Of a DNA stretch of 64,000 nt, positions 32,876 to 47,005 are shown one piece after another. A program made the position numbers and the translations under genes. The stretch is taken from contig JAPEUI010000075.1 in assembly GCA_026025075.1 (NCBI GenBank), positions 1 to 64,000 on the forward strand, given 5' to 3'. The DNA is from Vezdaea acicularis. Taxonomy: Eukaryota. The notes below the pieces were generated by a model, which was given only the letters and a program-made list of their open reading frames with translations, did not search any database and was not told the DNA's origin. Every line of letters starts with the position of its first letter. Within the stretch, counting starts at the first letter, position 1.

Positions 32876-35867
32876 ATGAGACTTCGATTAGTGATCTATC
32901 GACATGGTCTATCACCGACCCGGGTAGTCTGGACTCCGAATGGTTTGGGAGCTACTTCAAGAGATGTGAGCCCATCCAGTGCGACCGTTTCACAATTCCT
33001 TGCGAACATCAACTTGATCATACCATTAGAGTCTGAGGGATATGGCTTGGAAGATTATGTAGTTGAGTCTGGTGACGGGTTTGAATTGCTCCACTTTCAT
33101 GTATTACAAGGGACTGTTAAGGACGATGAAGTACTTGTGTACGTGCACTAAGACAGGAACTATTTCTAAGGCATCTTGGTGCTAAATCGTTTCTAGAATA
33201 CGCCCTCTGGACTCCGTAGATCGTAGGACTCGCAGAGTCTCCGGTCGACACCAGATATCTCAAGACGGGAAACGTCTCATAGACGGCATTCCCTTTGGTT
33301 GCTCATTCTACGAGTACCAAAATGGCCGGCCACCTGTCAGAACTCCCCGGCAACTAGACAGAAGACTAGCCTATGAAGATGCCATTGGTAAGGGAGAAGA
33401 GCTAGCTGAGATAGGCCACGAGTTGATAGCAGGCGCAGACTTTGAGGATGCAGAGGACGAGGAAGATAGTGACTATGAGCGACAAGTGCGATCAGAAGCT
33501 TCAGATGATCCTGCCGGTGGAGATACTCAATACAATGAAGCGAGGGAAGATGGTCGTAGGACGAGTAACCAAGACCAACGTGTGGAGGTCAATGCTCCTG
33601 GGATCGAGGAAGACGACGGCTTAAGGCTTCATATCGAGGAAAAACGTAGCAAATTGCTCTGGAACACCATCAACGAAGAATCGAATCAATCTCCCGCTGG
33701 TTCACTGATCTTCAAAACCCCAAGAAGCCCCCATCTAAGTCATCGCTCTAAGGCCTCTACTTATCATGACCAAGGAACCCTTTCGCGAAACCCTTTGAAG
33801 CGAAAGCGGCAAAGCACTATTAGAGATGAATCGACCAGCAGATTAGGTATCAAGAAGCCAGCACGATTCGATGACGAGCCCGAGAACGTAAGTCACAGAG
33901 TGAGGCGGAATGTGAGTACTACGAGAACGAATGGTAGTGCTGAACGGGACGAAGTTATAGAAGGAAACGACCATACAGCCGACGATGTGGATTCAAATCA
34001 TCTGCTTATGATACATCGGGAAGGGTTTGCTGAAGAGGGCAGTGGATCATCGTCCGATGATTCCAAAGAATTAGACGAATCTAGTGAAGACTCAGACGAA
34101 GATTCCAGTGACGAATCAAGCCATAAGCCTCTTTCGCCTGTGTCTAAGGTATGTAATATCTTAGGGAAATTATTTCGGCTCTGTTAATGTTCCTGGCAGT
34201 TTCACCCAAAATTCGAACCCTTGTCAGATAATGTCAAAAGGAGGAAACTTTATGGCAAGCCAGCGTCGCTCAACACTTCTCCCACGAATCTCTTGAACTC
34301 AGCTGGCAATCGTGCACCAAATGGCGAGGTAGAAGCTATGGCTGTAAGAAAAGTCACACCTGGCGAAGGTCTACCTGCAACACATGCACGCAACGCCCGT
34401 CGTCAAATGGCCAAAAGACGCAAAATTCTGATCAGCACAGGCCAACTACCGCGTGACTGCACTCTAGAAGATGTTCGACTTTGGCAATTGCGGAAGGGCC
34501 CGTCGGGTGCTCGGAAAACCGATTTCAATAGTCATATCGAGAACGAACAAGATGAAGAGCTTTCTCAAATGGGGGCTGTCATGACGAGCTGGGCTGCGTC
34601 CCCAGAAGAGCAACGCCCGGGGGGAAAATTCGAACAATCTACCCCTAAGACTGAAGCGTTTGAGTTGAGGAGGCAGAAGCTGTTGGAGGCAATACAATCT
34701 GGTGGTGTAGAGATTGACAATCCTTTATCGCCGGTTGCAACTCCTGGATCGGCCGACGATCATGCTCAAGGCAGGGCCGCTTCAGAATTAGGAGAAGAAG
34801 CCTCTTCTGCTGGCCCTCCTCTTAGTAGCCGTCGCCTTAAGGTAGACCTTGCAAGCTCAAGACGCATGCTCTTTGGGTCTCTTGGGATCCGACCTCCCAA
34901 GACAAAGGAAGATGAAAATAAGATCAGAGCTGATTTCATGAAGCTTGCAAGGCCCGTAAAGGGAGCAATGGAACACCCTACGTTTGATAAAGCTACGGAT
35001 TCTGTTCTGGCTGATCAACAGACCGTGAACGGAAAACCCTCAAGCAATTCTATTCTTTCGAATGAGAGTCAGAAACCAGAAGCTTGGAGAAAGGCCATCA
35101 AACTTTCGGCAGTCGAATGTTGCCGAGAAGGCGTAGTCTTGAGCGCTCCCCCGTTTCCCTTCAGACAAAGATGGGATGCACAACAAGCGTACATGAAAAC
35201 TGGAAAGCGAGGAGGAAAACGGAAGAAGAGGGAGCGAAACGATCCACAGTATTATGAAGATGGATCTAACCCCTCAATTTGTTGTCAGGACGATGCCTTT
35301 GAGGGCGAAGGCTTCCATGACCTTGAACATGACGGGGCAGATCTTTCAAATTCAACAGTAGCTCGGGCCACCCTCAACGACGAGCTCTCCGAAGCAGTCA
35401 GTGATCAGCTTCTGCGAGACGTCAATGAATCAATTGCCCCCAACGCTGAGCTTCTCGACGACGACCTTCCATGTCTTCCTTCCAATCTTGACGCACTGGC
35501 GGCGCTTAAGGCATCCGATATAAAGGCTGGCGCAGTAATAGCCTTCAAGGAGCTTACAATGTCTGCTAGCTGGGAGCCGTTGATTTCTGGATATCGCACT
35601 GGCAGAGTCGAGGTTCTCTTGGGATCAGACAAGTTCGGTGTCATTCTGGCGAAGCGGGATCAGATACAAAAGCAGAAGGTCTACGATCATGAGACAGGTG
35701 ATAGGATTTATGGCAAGTTCGAGATGCCCGATCTAGAAGACGAAGAAGACGAAGGACAAGCCGATGGCTACTATGAACTAGAATTTGCAGAGCTAGTTGA
35801 CCCTAAACTTTTAGTGCCTTGTTCTGAAGATAACACCGTACCGACAGGTAAAGACGAAGCTCCTTAA
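32876..35867 (+). CDS. Coilin-like protein (N-terminal MRLRL domain, disordered middle, C-terminal Tudor-like domain)
   Basis: Exons 32876-33138, 33197-34148 and 34200-35867 are in phase. C-terminal AGAVIAFKELTMSASWEPLISGYRTGRV resembles the recalled coilin Tudor-like motif GxxIAFKxLExxxxYxPxxSxYKxGxI. Confidence 0.7.
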
Positions 35868-37089
35868 GAATCGACAAGGAATTCTCTCATGGAAGATCCC
35901 GTCATACTGAAGTCTAGCATGGTTGACGGAGACAATGTGCAAGGCTCCACATTCATTGGAGTGCCATCAACTCGGAAAATCAAGAATGAACGCCCAAAGA
36001 TGGGAGCAAAGGCTAGTGACTAGTGTCCGGGGATAAAGAAAGGATGACCTCCAATTCAGCGGAACGGCCTTTGGACCAACAATCCGCGTCAGGATCTACC
36101 ACGTTCAATGGGTTGGAAATCAGTCTGTAAACAAGTGGTAGTCACTGCAGGGACCCCCATCACCTATTTGCCGCAGAAGCAGTGAGGAACATGAAGTGGA
36201 ACGAGCTGGATACTTATCAAAATATGAAGAAGTTGAGCGCAATAATTAGGGTAGTTGCAAGAGTGCCTCACCAAGAACTACCTCACATGTCATACGTGCG
36301 TGAGCTCTCCAACCTATAAACTAAACAATAGATCGATTCTAGCCCTACACCAAGTCCCTTTCATTTTGGCTATCACGGCCTAGATAAGTACGACGAATAA
36401 CCTGGTAGTGGAGGCTGACCGTTCTTCAGAGCATCCGCCATCACATAACTCAAAGTTTGAAGCCCGTCCCTGAACCCAGGAATGTTACCACTAGCCAGTA
36501 ATCAATTACCTTTGTGTATGAAATTCTTCCGTGTGACACGGACTCCATCGTCAGCTCCGAAAAAGAAACCTGTATTGCACACTGAGGAGCCCATAATGCG
36601 AGATCGAATTGCAAACGAAGACGGGGCGACCTGGGCAGCAAACAACTTGAAGGCTATAGTTGAACGTGGCCTTTTGACATATACGAACGACGACGCTATG
36701 ATGTTCCAATTTCTAGCCCAGAATAGAGAAAGCTCGTCTTTACCCAACGGGCCTAGAGGGGCAAGGAAGGCGCGGTTGATTGTGAGCTAGTTGCTCTATA
36801 GCTACGGTCCACTAATCTAGCGGGCATGAACACGGGTATCTCTAGAAAAGTCCCTGAAAATTCCCAAATCATGGCACGTTGACTTTCCGTAAAGTTCGTA
36901 TTTACTAGCTGCGTACTAATTGCAGGGTTTCGATTGGATAGCTTGCCTATGCTACGCGACGATTGATCCGGGACATTCCCGATCGACAAAGTTTAATGAC
37001 GTACCCTGCACGTTTATAGACGCGGGTCCCACCCCATTATTTTTTGATCACAGCCCACGATCTTCATTGGACTGCAATTGATTCACTTC

Positions 37090-39003
37090 ATGCACTCTAC
37101 TAGAATTATCAACACGAGCGTACGTCGAATATCTAGTCCCAAACAATACCAATTGCTACTGAGACCATCTCGTACTCGCTTCTCCACAAGTTCGAGAACC
37201 ATGGCTCAAGAATACAAGCTTAAGCTCGACTCTCTCGACCTAAAGCCCGGTGAAAAACGTGAGGTTGAAGTCGAAGGCCTGCAGGATACGAAGGTCTTGC
37301 TAGTCCAAGATGGGATCAAAGTACGCGCACTCTCGCCCAAATGCACGCACTATGGAGCGCCTCTGGTCAATGGCGTGCTTGATGATGAAGGCCGGCTAAC
37401 TTGCCCGTGGCACGGAGGTGAAAATCATCTCTACAGTACACTATGTAGGATACAACTAATGTGTGCGCTGTGACAGCTTGCTTTAATATCTCAACTGGTG
37501 ACGTAGAGGATGCTCCGGCACTGGATGCACTCCATAGTTTCTCCATTTCAACGAAGAATGGTGCCTATTACATTCAGGGAGAAGAATCAGCATTGAAAGC
37601 AGGCCGGCGCGGTCTGATTCCCCAACTTTCTGTCCCAGGCCAAGAAAAGGTTCTTATTATTGGAGGGTGAGTTCGAGCTTGAATACGCAAGGTCTTGACC
37701 TTCACATGTCTGTTTGCAAATCCAACTCCAGAGGCTGCAGGGTCATATTTGATGAATATGAAGACTGACGCGCTGGGTATCTACTAGTGGCAGCGGCGCT
37801 GTCGGCGCTCTCGAAGCGTTGCGGATTGACGGCTTCAAAGGCTCCATAACCGTGATCTCGAGCGAGGGCTATTTACCGATTGACCGCACTAAGCTTTCGA
37901 AAGCCCTTATCCCAGAAGCCGCAAAAATTGCCCTTCGAGATTCTGAGTGGTATTCTAAAGCGGGGATTGAGATGGTTCAGGATCAAGTTACTGGCATAGA
38001 CCTCTCCTCGAAATCTGCCTCGACAGAGTCTGGAAAGTCATATCCATACACAAAACTTATCTTAGCCACCGGGGGCACACCAAATATGTTACCTTTACCA
38101 GGTTTCAAAGATCTTGGCAACATATTCCTTCTACGAACTGTCCACCATGTGCAAGACATTGTTAACGCTGTAGGTGAAAAGAAGAAGAAAATCGTTGTAG
38201 TAGGTAGCTCATTTATCGGTATGGAAGTTGCAAATGCTTTAGCAAAAGAGAATGATGTGGTGGTCGTAGGAATGGAAAAGGCGCCCCTTGAGAGAGTGAT
38301 GGGCGCAGAGGTTGGTGAGATATTTAGAGGCATCCTCGAAAAGAATGGAGTCAAATTCAAAATGGAAGCTGGGGTCGAATCAGCATCCCCATCAAAAGCA
38401 GATCCGAAGAAAGTAGGCGCCGTGCATCTCAAAGATGGCAGTAAGCTTGAAGCAGACCTTGTGATCCTTGGCATAGGTGTCAAGCCTCAAACCTCATACC
38501 TGCAGGATAATAAACAGGTACATCTCGAGAAAGACGGCTCGTTGAAGACGAACAGACAATTTGAAGTTGAAGGCATAAAAGACGTTTATGCAATTGGCGA
38601 TATTGCGACCTTTCCGTATGATGGACCAGGTGGTGAAGGGGCTTTGACTCGCATCGAGCACTGGAATGTTGCCCAAAATGCCGGTCGTGCAGTTGGTACA
38701 GCGATAGCTCAGAAAAAGAGCGCTTCCAAGCAGTTTATCCCGGTATTTTGGTCTGCCTTAGGCTCTCAGCTACGCTATTGTGGGAACACGCCCAACGGAT
38801 GGGACCAGTTGGAGATCAAGGGCAATCCAAAGGAAGGCAAATTCGCTGCATTCTACGCAAAGCACAACACAGTAGTCGCGGTGGCATCGATGGGAATGGA
38901 TCCTGTAATGTCGAAGAGCGCAATGTTGATGCGAAAGGGGAAGATGCCGACTCTCGCGGCGATTAGGGACGGAGCCGACGTACTAGGCGTGGAAGTATTT
39001 TGA
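37090..39003 (+). CDS. AIF-like (AIFM3/Nfrl-type) Rieske [2Fe-2S] flavoprotein oxidoreductase
   Basis: Rieske CTHYG...CPWHG; FAD-binding LIIGG|GSGA; NAD-binding VVVGSSFIGME; YAIGDIA; RIEHW. Introns 37418-37476 and 37667-37787. Confidence 0.92.
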
Positions 39004-39831
39004 CCGGACCGCGATACCGAAGTCCCAGACCCTGAATTCAAGGCTGTATTCAATAGCTAGAGGAACATGAGGAAATACTCTTGACAACATGATATGGCGA
39101 TCACTCCCCAGGACCTCGTCGTCATGTAGAAAATTAGGAATGAGCCAGACATCATGCTAAAGCGAGACCCCTAGCGATACGCCCGTATTTCAGTGTGTTC
39201 GACATGTTCCTAAGGCTGAAAAGCGGATACATGCTTGCTTGCTCCACCTTTATTGCTACGCTGACTGGCTTTCTCTCGACGAGGCTGTGGTCGCGAATTT
39301 AAGGTTGCGATGTTAGCAAACGCCTGAGCGCGAACCCCAATCTAGAAAAGTCTTTGGCTTGCGAGGGGTTCACGCTTAAATACGATCGGTGGTCGGAGCC
39401 GTTAACAGCCAATCACGGCCGCAGCTGGACGAAATCTCGGTTGCTCGATGCCCTATGATCTGCCTTGCTGCGCCAAGACGAGCTAGCTGTCATCGATTAG
39501 GGTTGGCATTGCCTCCATCGTGGCAGCGCAACATGTCATTGATTTCATTAGGCAGATGGGCCAAGAGGACTAATGATCAATCGGCGTTTGAATCTCCGAC
39601 AAGGAAGCAAAGGGGCCTCATTTAGCTCACCGTAGAGCGGTTCGTGACTGCTTCTTCTCTTGCTGCGCCTTGTCCGCTACATATCCTCGGTATTCCCCGG
39701 AACCTTTTGATTGACGTAAAGCCACCACATCTCGCTTATAAGAGTTGACCTCCCGCCCAATTCAGATTACATTTTCCGTCGTGTCTCCCAACCAGCTTAC
39801 CAAGTCTTGGCCCTATGAAATATAATTCATC

Positions 39832-41008
39832 ATGAAATGGACAGCATTGCTCCTTGCGCTAGCCGTCGCGCCATCAATCGTCTCCTCAGTATCTCTCCCC
39901 GATGGCGTTAGCTCATCAATCTCACGGCGGCGGGATGGCATCATCGATGGCGAATATGCAGCACCCGCTCTAGATAAGCGCCTGGAGGAGGTCACAGTGA
40001 AAGATCTCTTCAAGCGTAAGGGTGGCGGGGGCGGTAAAGGCAGCGGAGGTAGGTCTTCAAGCTTTCATAGCTCCCCAGGTTGACGCGCCTCATCGTCCGG
40101 TAAGAGCAAACATGGAAACGCTCGTAGTGGTGGTCCATCGTGGGATGGCTCCTGGGATCACTCTTGAAGATGATTCTATCGTTCCAATTCATCTTGGACT
40201 GAACACGGCACAGCGATTATCCACTGCGTTACCTTGATAGATGGGCCGTGAACAGCCTTTTGTTACGCAAAGACTTACTTGCTGACATCGCTTAGGCGGC
40301 TCCTCAGGCAGCTCCTCGGGAGGCTCTTCAGGTGGATCATCCGGAGGTGCAGCTGGTGGTAGTGGCGGTGGAGGGTCGTCTCGCCCCGTGGGCGCTGCAG
40401 GGTAAGCCATAAATAAGCAGGCGGTCATTGAACGTATATCTAACTATCAAACCAGAGGTGGTTCTAACGCTGGAGGGCGTACAATCGGTGGTTCAGGTGC
40501 CCCTGCTTCGTATGGTGGCCGCTACGCTGGAGGTGCCGCCGTCCCTTACTCGGCTGGAGGGCGGTCACCATTTGGCGTTCTACCATTTCTCCTCCCTGTA
40601 GTGGCGCTGAGCTTCTTCGCCGGGCCATGGCTGTACGCCGCGTACGCTTACCCGTATACTGGGCAAACCACCTTCCTGAATCGGACGGCGGGTCGCAACC
40701 AAACCCTCCCAGTGCTATGTCTGTGTCAAGAGTACTCAGTGTGTGGCTGTGATCAGAATAACGATGGGGGTTATATAGACTCCATCATCGGGAATGGAAC
40801 AGAATCAGCCATGAACGCCTCCCTCTCGAGAGTTGCCGATGTCAATGGCACAAGGACACTGATCATCAACGGCACTTTGCCTAATGGCACGACTGCCGCA
40901 GGTGGTTCGGTGTCGGCAACCAGTACTGCCGTTGCCCGTGCGGTGCTCGAAAATTCAGGTTATTGGGTGATGGGTGCGATTGTTGTCTATAGCGTGTGGT
41001 TCTTATAA
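39832..41008 (+). CDS. Secreted glycine-rich, probably GPI-anchored cell-surface protein
   Basis: Signal peptide MKWTALLLALAVAPSIVSS, Kex2-like LFKR site, Gly/Ser-rich block, CLCQEYSVCGCD, several NGT sequons and a hydrophobic C-terminus. Introns 40049-40295 and 40402-40455. Confidence 0.82.
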
Positions 41009-41472
41009 AGAAGGCCTGGTTTCATTGGGTGGCTCAATAGATGTGGATAGAGAAAGTTGCTCAACCTCACAGCGACTTGGTCGAATCATATGACTGGACG
41101 AACCTGGGTGTTGGTACTGATTCACAGGTTTTGCTTTCGTTTTGTTTATACGATAGGAGACGTTGTATATTAGTGGAGGCCTCCGACTGGGCAGGGGTGG
41201 CTTTGCGGCGGGTTTTTGGTCTATAAGACCTTACGGATCTCAATAGAGTGTTGATGGCTAGCTTCCTTTGTATGCACGATCGTAGGACCATAATATTATC
41301 TCAAACCTCCATCAAGTAATTCTTTAAATGTTGTGGTGAAAGCTTACGGGCGAACCCATTGCAAATTTTCTCAAGTGTAGCTAAAATATCTTAGCATGCT
41401 AAGCGCCACGGCCCTTCCATAGCACCCCCAGAAACGCCAAAACTCTACACGCCTGGACGCCATAGCGGAGCT

Positions 41473-44400
41473 CTATCTCATCCTCTCTCCGCCACCTACT
41501 TGGTGATCTCTGCTCATCATACGGTTACTCGCATTCACGCTCTGCCTCACAATAGCATCCGCTGCAGCTTGCGCTGCCAACTTCTCCTTTTGCCTCGCGC
41601 GATCCTTGAGATATCTCTCGGCCTCCGGGCGCATCCTTAGGATCCTCAATATCATGTCATCGCTTGGTTCGGCTTGGGCTTCCTTCCGCTTCTCCGCCTT
41701 CGCCTGCCGCATTGTACCGAGCGTGCGCGAACGCATGATGCTCTTTGCTCGGCGAGCCGAGGGAACAGACAGCAGCATGCTGCTGCCGGCCCAGACGTGC
41801 TGGTTATTAGGAGTCATAGAAGGTGGGGCGGATATGCGATTACGGGACGCTGCCGCTGAGGCGGTGCGCTCGGATGTGCGGATCAGATCTTCGGTTGACT
41901 GGTTGTAAAAGAAGTTGATGGATACTAGGTCGATATACTTTGTGCTCTTCAAGATCTCGACAGGGACTCCAAGTGATTCGCCAGTTTCCTCATCTATGGC
42001 CTGAAAGAACTCAAGGAGGTGTTGTAGCCATTTGAAGACAATATCAACTTCTTGCTGGGATAATTGGCGCTGAGAAGAGGGCTTGTCGGAGAGAGGTGGG
42101 ACGAGGAGGGACTCGAGAGTTGTGAGGACTTCTTTCCAAAGCCGTGTCATCACCATGATCATGGCAGAAGACGTGAGGGTTTCGCGCATGATGTAGAAGT
42201 TATCATTAAAGTAATCAGTCAAGGGGTCGAGTGCGCGGTAAATCTCCACGTCGGAAGGACCGGGCGGTGGAGCCGAAGTGCGGTTCCTACTGAAAAGGGA
42301 CGATACTGAAGCCATACTTATTCCCTTTGAAAGGAGACCCCGGAGCGTCGTGCGTGATAGACAGAGCCTGATATACGCAGACAGTTTGTCCGTGATGCTC
42401 CGTGTCATTTCACGCTCTGTGCGTTTGAGCGTACGGAACGCTTTGCCATAGTAAAACTCTATATCGTCTCGTTCTCCCTCCATGCTGACCCTTAACAACA
42501 GCCTCCCTTGCGTATCCAGGTCGGCCCAGATGTCCTGTGGCAGATAGTCGCTGAAGGCACTTGGGTCGAGTTTAAAGTTGGTGCGGCCGACGTAGTCATG
42601 TGGGCCAAGCGTATCCCAGTCCCATATTGTAGCTATTATATTGATAGGACCGGCGGTTGTAATCTCGACCGTCTCATCCCAACGCGGATTGAGATTTGAG
42701 TAGATGATTCGCGTCTTGGCGAGGCGCTTTTGGTACTCGTCGCCTAGTACTACGTAGGGATCCGAGTAGCCGCTGACGTCGCATGCCTTGAGATTCTCGG
42801 CCTCGACGATCTTGATAGTGAAGAAATAGTTGTTTGTGCGTTTTTGACGGTGGGTGAGCGGTGGAGCACGCTTTTTGACGATCGTAGCTAGCGTGTCAAC
42901 GTCCACGCGGCGTTGGATGTCATCAAGTTGATAGGTTGCCCATTCGATATTGTTAAGCTTGACAAGCGACTAAAGCATACCATCTAAGTAAAGCACGTAT
43001 GCTGTTGGAGGTCGGATACACACCTGCGGGTAGAACTGGAATGGTTCAATCTTCTCCTTATTGCTCCAGGCATCTTTGGCGGCCTGCATCCACTTCTCCT
43101 GCTTGCTCTGGGTCAGTGCCGCCTCCTGCGCCGGTGATATTCGCGACATCTCCTTCTTGAACATCTCGAAAACGATCTCACAATACCGTGATAATGCGCC
43201 GCCAACAGAACGCGAGAGAGCAGTCATAAACTTTGCGTACTGAAGGTCGTCGTCCCATTCTAACCCGATCAGTTGCTGGATTGACTGATTAAAGAATTGA
43301 TACATGTCCATTATCGACGTGCTGTGTCGTTCGTCGTCAGATGCGCCTTCGGGATGTGAAGTTCTCACACGGAAGTCGTCCCGCTTAATGGCATTTTCAG
43401 CACTTGTCAGCAGTTTTTTATCAACGTCCGCGATCAGGCGCCAAACGAAATCGTTAAGGAGTTCTTCGATAGGTATGGTGAAAGGTACTCCAGGTAATGC
43501 ATCAGCGAAGATCCGCCGAATGTCCTTGAGCTCCTTGTACAAATCAAAACCATCTTCCATAGGGACCGGATCGTTATCTTTAGCATCGGCTAAGATTTCA
43601 ACGATCATATCTCGAGCGTCATCGGCGAAAGCAGGCAGAACAGTCTTAATGTAAATCATCATAGGGTTGACACTGATTAGTCAGCAGGATTTCAAACACG
43701 CCTACAAATCCAGATGCTTACCCCATAATCTCAGGGCTTTTCCGATATCTCTTTTGGAGTCTCTCGGCTAGCTTCATGACCGCTTGTCCAAGCTGGATTA
43801 TATGATAAAACTCCCAATTTTGCTCCTCCGGGACTTTGTCTTTTACTAATTCGCTATATACTTCTCGGGCCTTCTCCTTCAATCCGTTGGCCAGCGCATC
43901 CTGAAACCTTTTCTCTTCGTCAGCACTCGGAGAAAATTGAGGATCGCTATGCAGGTGCTCTTGGAGGAAAAGCATGACGTTCCCAATTGTTGGCGGCTTT
44001 TGCTCGTAGCACTGTAGCATGATGTTGTATAAATCTCGAAGTAGAGCCTCATAGATAGCCGAAACGACTGCGCGATAGAGCGCGAAATCTGCAATTGTCC
44101 AATTTTCTTTGTCGTAGAAGAGTTCGCCTGATGAGATTGCGGATTTGGAGAAATGCTTAGAATCCTGAGCATACTCTTTGACGGATTGAAATGCCATATC
44201 TAGTTGGTTGATATCAATGTCCTGATCCATGAATTTGTCTTTAGCGGCATCTAAGAATAAAACGGAACGCGAGAAATGTGGGATCCTCCATCGCATGGCG
44301 ATCTCTCCTAGCAGTTCGAGGGATTGATTCGACAGAAGATTTGATGAGTTAGGAATTATGTCTGATCCAGGTTGCTGTCCCTGTGAAAAATCATAGCTAA

Positions 44401-45697
44401 GTATCTGCATTAAGACGAATTTGAAATACGATCTTGGGTCTGGCGGTATGAAAACATAAGGAGAATCACCCGTCTCTGATTTATCTGATCCATCGTCGCT
44501 AAGATTGAGACCACTGACGTCCACCGGTTGGTCAAAAGCGTATGAATCATGGTCCGTAGGTTCTGAAACTCTACGTATTGTTTCAGAGTAACCAGAATCG
44601 GCAGGTGAATGAGATACGCCACCTGAGGAAGGTCTGGGCGCCTTTGCAATAGCGCTTATAGCACCTGGATCTTGTTTAACTAGGGCTGTAATCATCGCCG
44701 CAACTTCCGATTTTTCTGCATCTCTCCACAGCTCAAATGCGTTGTCAGTATCGAAGTCTTCGTTTCGTAGTGTGTGTCTGGTGTTGAGGCTGAGATTTGC
44801 TTGGTAGGTTTTAAGGTCTGAGACCGCAGCTTTGATGGTCCAAACGGGCCTGTTTTTATTGATATCAGACTGTGCCATAGTGTTGGTGAGACCAAATATT
44901 CGAGCGACCCTTTGAACGAGAGGCATGTCCTTTACTTCGTGGCTTAGAGGTACTTCTACTTCTATCGTGGTGCCGGCACCACTGGTTAAAGTTGATGCTG
45001 ATGTGAGATCCTCATCCATCTGCAAGATCTTCCTCTCCAAAGTCTCCAACCTTGCCGTCAACTCCGGTCTATCTCGCGCCCATTCGTGATGATTTTTATC
45101 TTTCAGAACTGCACGTAGAAGTCGTATAAACATTGCCAGATGCCTTTCACTCATCATCTTCCAGCTATCATCATCCGGAGCCTTTCCTTTTCTGAGCTCT
45201 CCGGTAGCCCTTGAAATAAACATGAGCGCCAACGGTTCGACAGTCCTATCAGTATCTAATGTCTTCCGATAATTCTTGTCCTGAAACTGAATGAGGAAGG
45301 CGCTGAAGGTTCGTCTTATCAAGGGATCCTTGTACTCTGGGAGTTTCTCAGTGCCCTTAAATACCTCCTCCAGCCTTTTCCCTAACTCTGTCATGAAACC
45401 TTTGGGAAATCGCCCACTATTAGAAGTGCTGATGGTTTTGATTTCCTTCATCCAGTCGACGCCGGTCCCCGCCCGAGCAATCTGCTGAGGAGCTGGAACA
45501 TGTTGAATCTTCTTCTGTCTTGGCTGAAGAAGGTATACTAGATAGGCTACCCGCAAGGCATGTGTATACGCTTGGTTATAGTCTATGGAGTTCTTCCTTT
45601 GGTGAGAATGTGATCCATGTCTTGACAGGCGATCCTCGCTCTGGAGGCTGTTGATTCGGCGATTGAGGCCCCGTGATTGCGTTGATGAAGTCGACAT
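41473..45697 (-). CDS. Munc13-homology plus C2 domain protein (Git1/Ync13-like)
   Basis: Exons 45697-43722, 43672-43024 and 42969-41473. C2 domain FTIKIVEAENLKACDVSGYSDPYVVL...KTRIIYSNLNPRWDE...WDWD between helical MHD-like regions. Confidence 0.88.
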
Positions 45698-47005
45698 GAC
45701 CGTCAGGCTGCCACAGAGTGAAGTTGGTATATTGGTGTCATTGATGAACGGGTGAGATGTTGCGAAGCTGCTTTATATGGGTAATCGCGGTTGAGAGGCC
45801 GTATGTTGGATGGTGGAATTGCGGTAACGAGCGTCTTGAGGGTAGTTTGCGTCGTACAGAACGGTTCCCGAAGGATTGGGGCAGAAAGACAGTTCCAGCG
45901 CTGCAAATGCTGCTACAACAGGAGTCCGGCAATGAACGACAAGGTAGGGGGAATGTTCGCACAACGAGCACATGCTCCAGCTTTTAGGACATGCAGGTGC
46001 GGCGGAGTTGCTTTTAGCTGGTTTGCGTTAGAGTGACGCGAGGCTCCGAAACCAGGGTCGTCGCTTGTCCTCAGGCTGGCTGAGCCGCGGACGAGAATAG
46101 AAATCAAGCTCGAGAAGGGCACATGGCCTGACGGGATCTACGGGTGCATTTAAGCTGCGATATTCCGGTCTTGAATGTCTGGGAAAGAAGAATAACAGAA
46201 TCTCAAAGACTTGAACTGTGCATAAGGATCGGATCAGATTGACTTATAGGTTACGTCATATCTGATCAGCACAAGGTCTTTCCTGAAATGCTGTAGGCGC
46301 ATTGTCTTCGGCCGTTCGGCAACCAAAGGGTAGCTCTTTACTTGACGGTAGATTGCTATAAGAGCTATACTAGATCTTAAGATATAGTCTGCTGTCTGCT
46401 TAGCTGCCCTGAACTCGACATTGAAACCGTGGAATCGGGGATCGGTTTCGCGGTTGGCCGAGGTACGACCTTCCCCAGAAAGTGGAACCGAGCTAAACGA
46501 GAGACCTCATACCAATGCGGCTCGGTTGGGACTACAGATGACCGCAAAACTCCGGTCCCCACCGCTGACCAAAACGTCCATTTCTCTGCTCTCCCTGCTT
46601 CACTCCATTTGAGCATTAGCATTCTGACCTGTGTCCATTATTCATTCATTTATCCAGGTCCACAGATCCTTAACCGCTCCCTTTGTCATTGCATACACGG
46701 GTTCTTTTGCTCTTTATTAAGATATCCTATAGCTGTATGACGGTCGGCGCATCCCCCAATATCTCTATAGCTAATATGTAAACCGAAGCTTCACAACCAA
46801 GGTCTAGTACTTAAAAGAGCCCTCTTTCATTATTCTTCGACCTCTAAGCTGGCCCACCCAACAACTAAACCCATCAGAATCACCACTTCAGCTTTTCACA
46901 CACTCACCATTCAACGCCCACTCAATAATCTCCCTGGCGACAACTTGACAGCTCGCTTTGGTGACGACATCAACTGGGCGGCGCCCTGTAAGCTTGCGGC
47001 CGAGT

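Noticed and set aside
35868..36023. Frame stays open about 50 codons after the coilin-like stop
   Set aside because: TAA-G is an efficient stop and the extension has no recognisable motif. It could be a decayed tail, but I cannot support that.
40049..40295. 247-nt intron as a possible snoRNA host or micro-exon carrier
   Set aside because: No ordered C/D or H/ACA boxes with an rRNA complement found; the candidate micro-exon would need a 30-nt intron.
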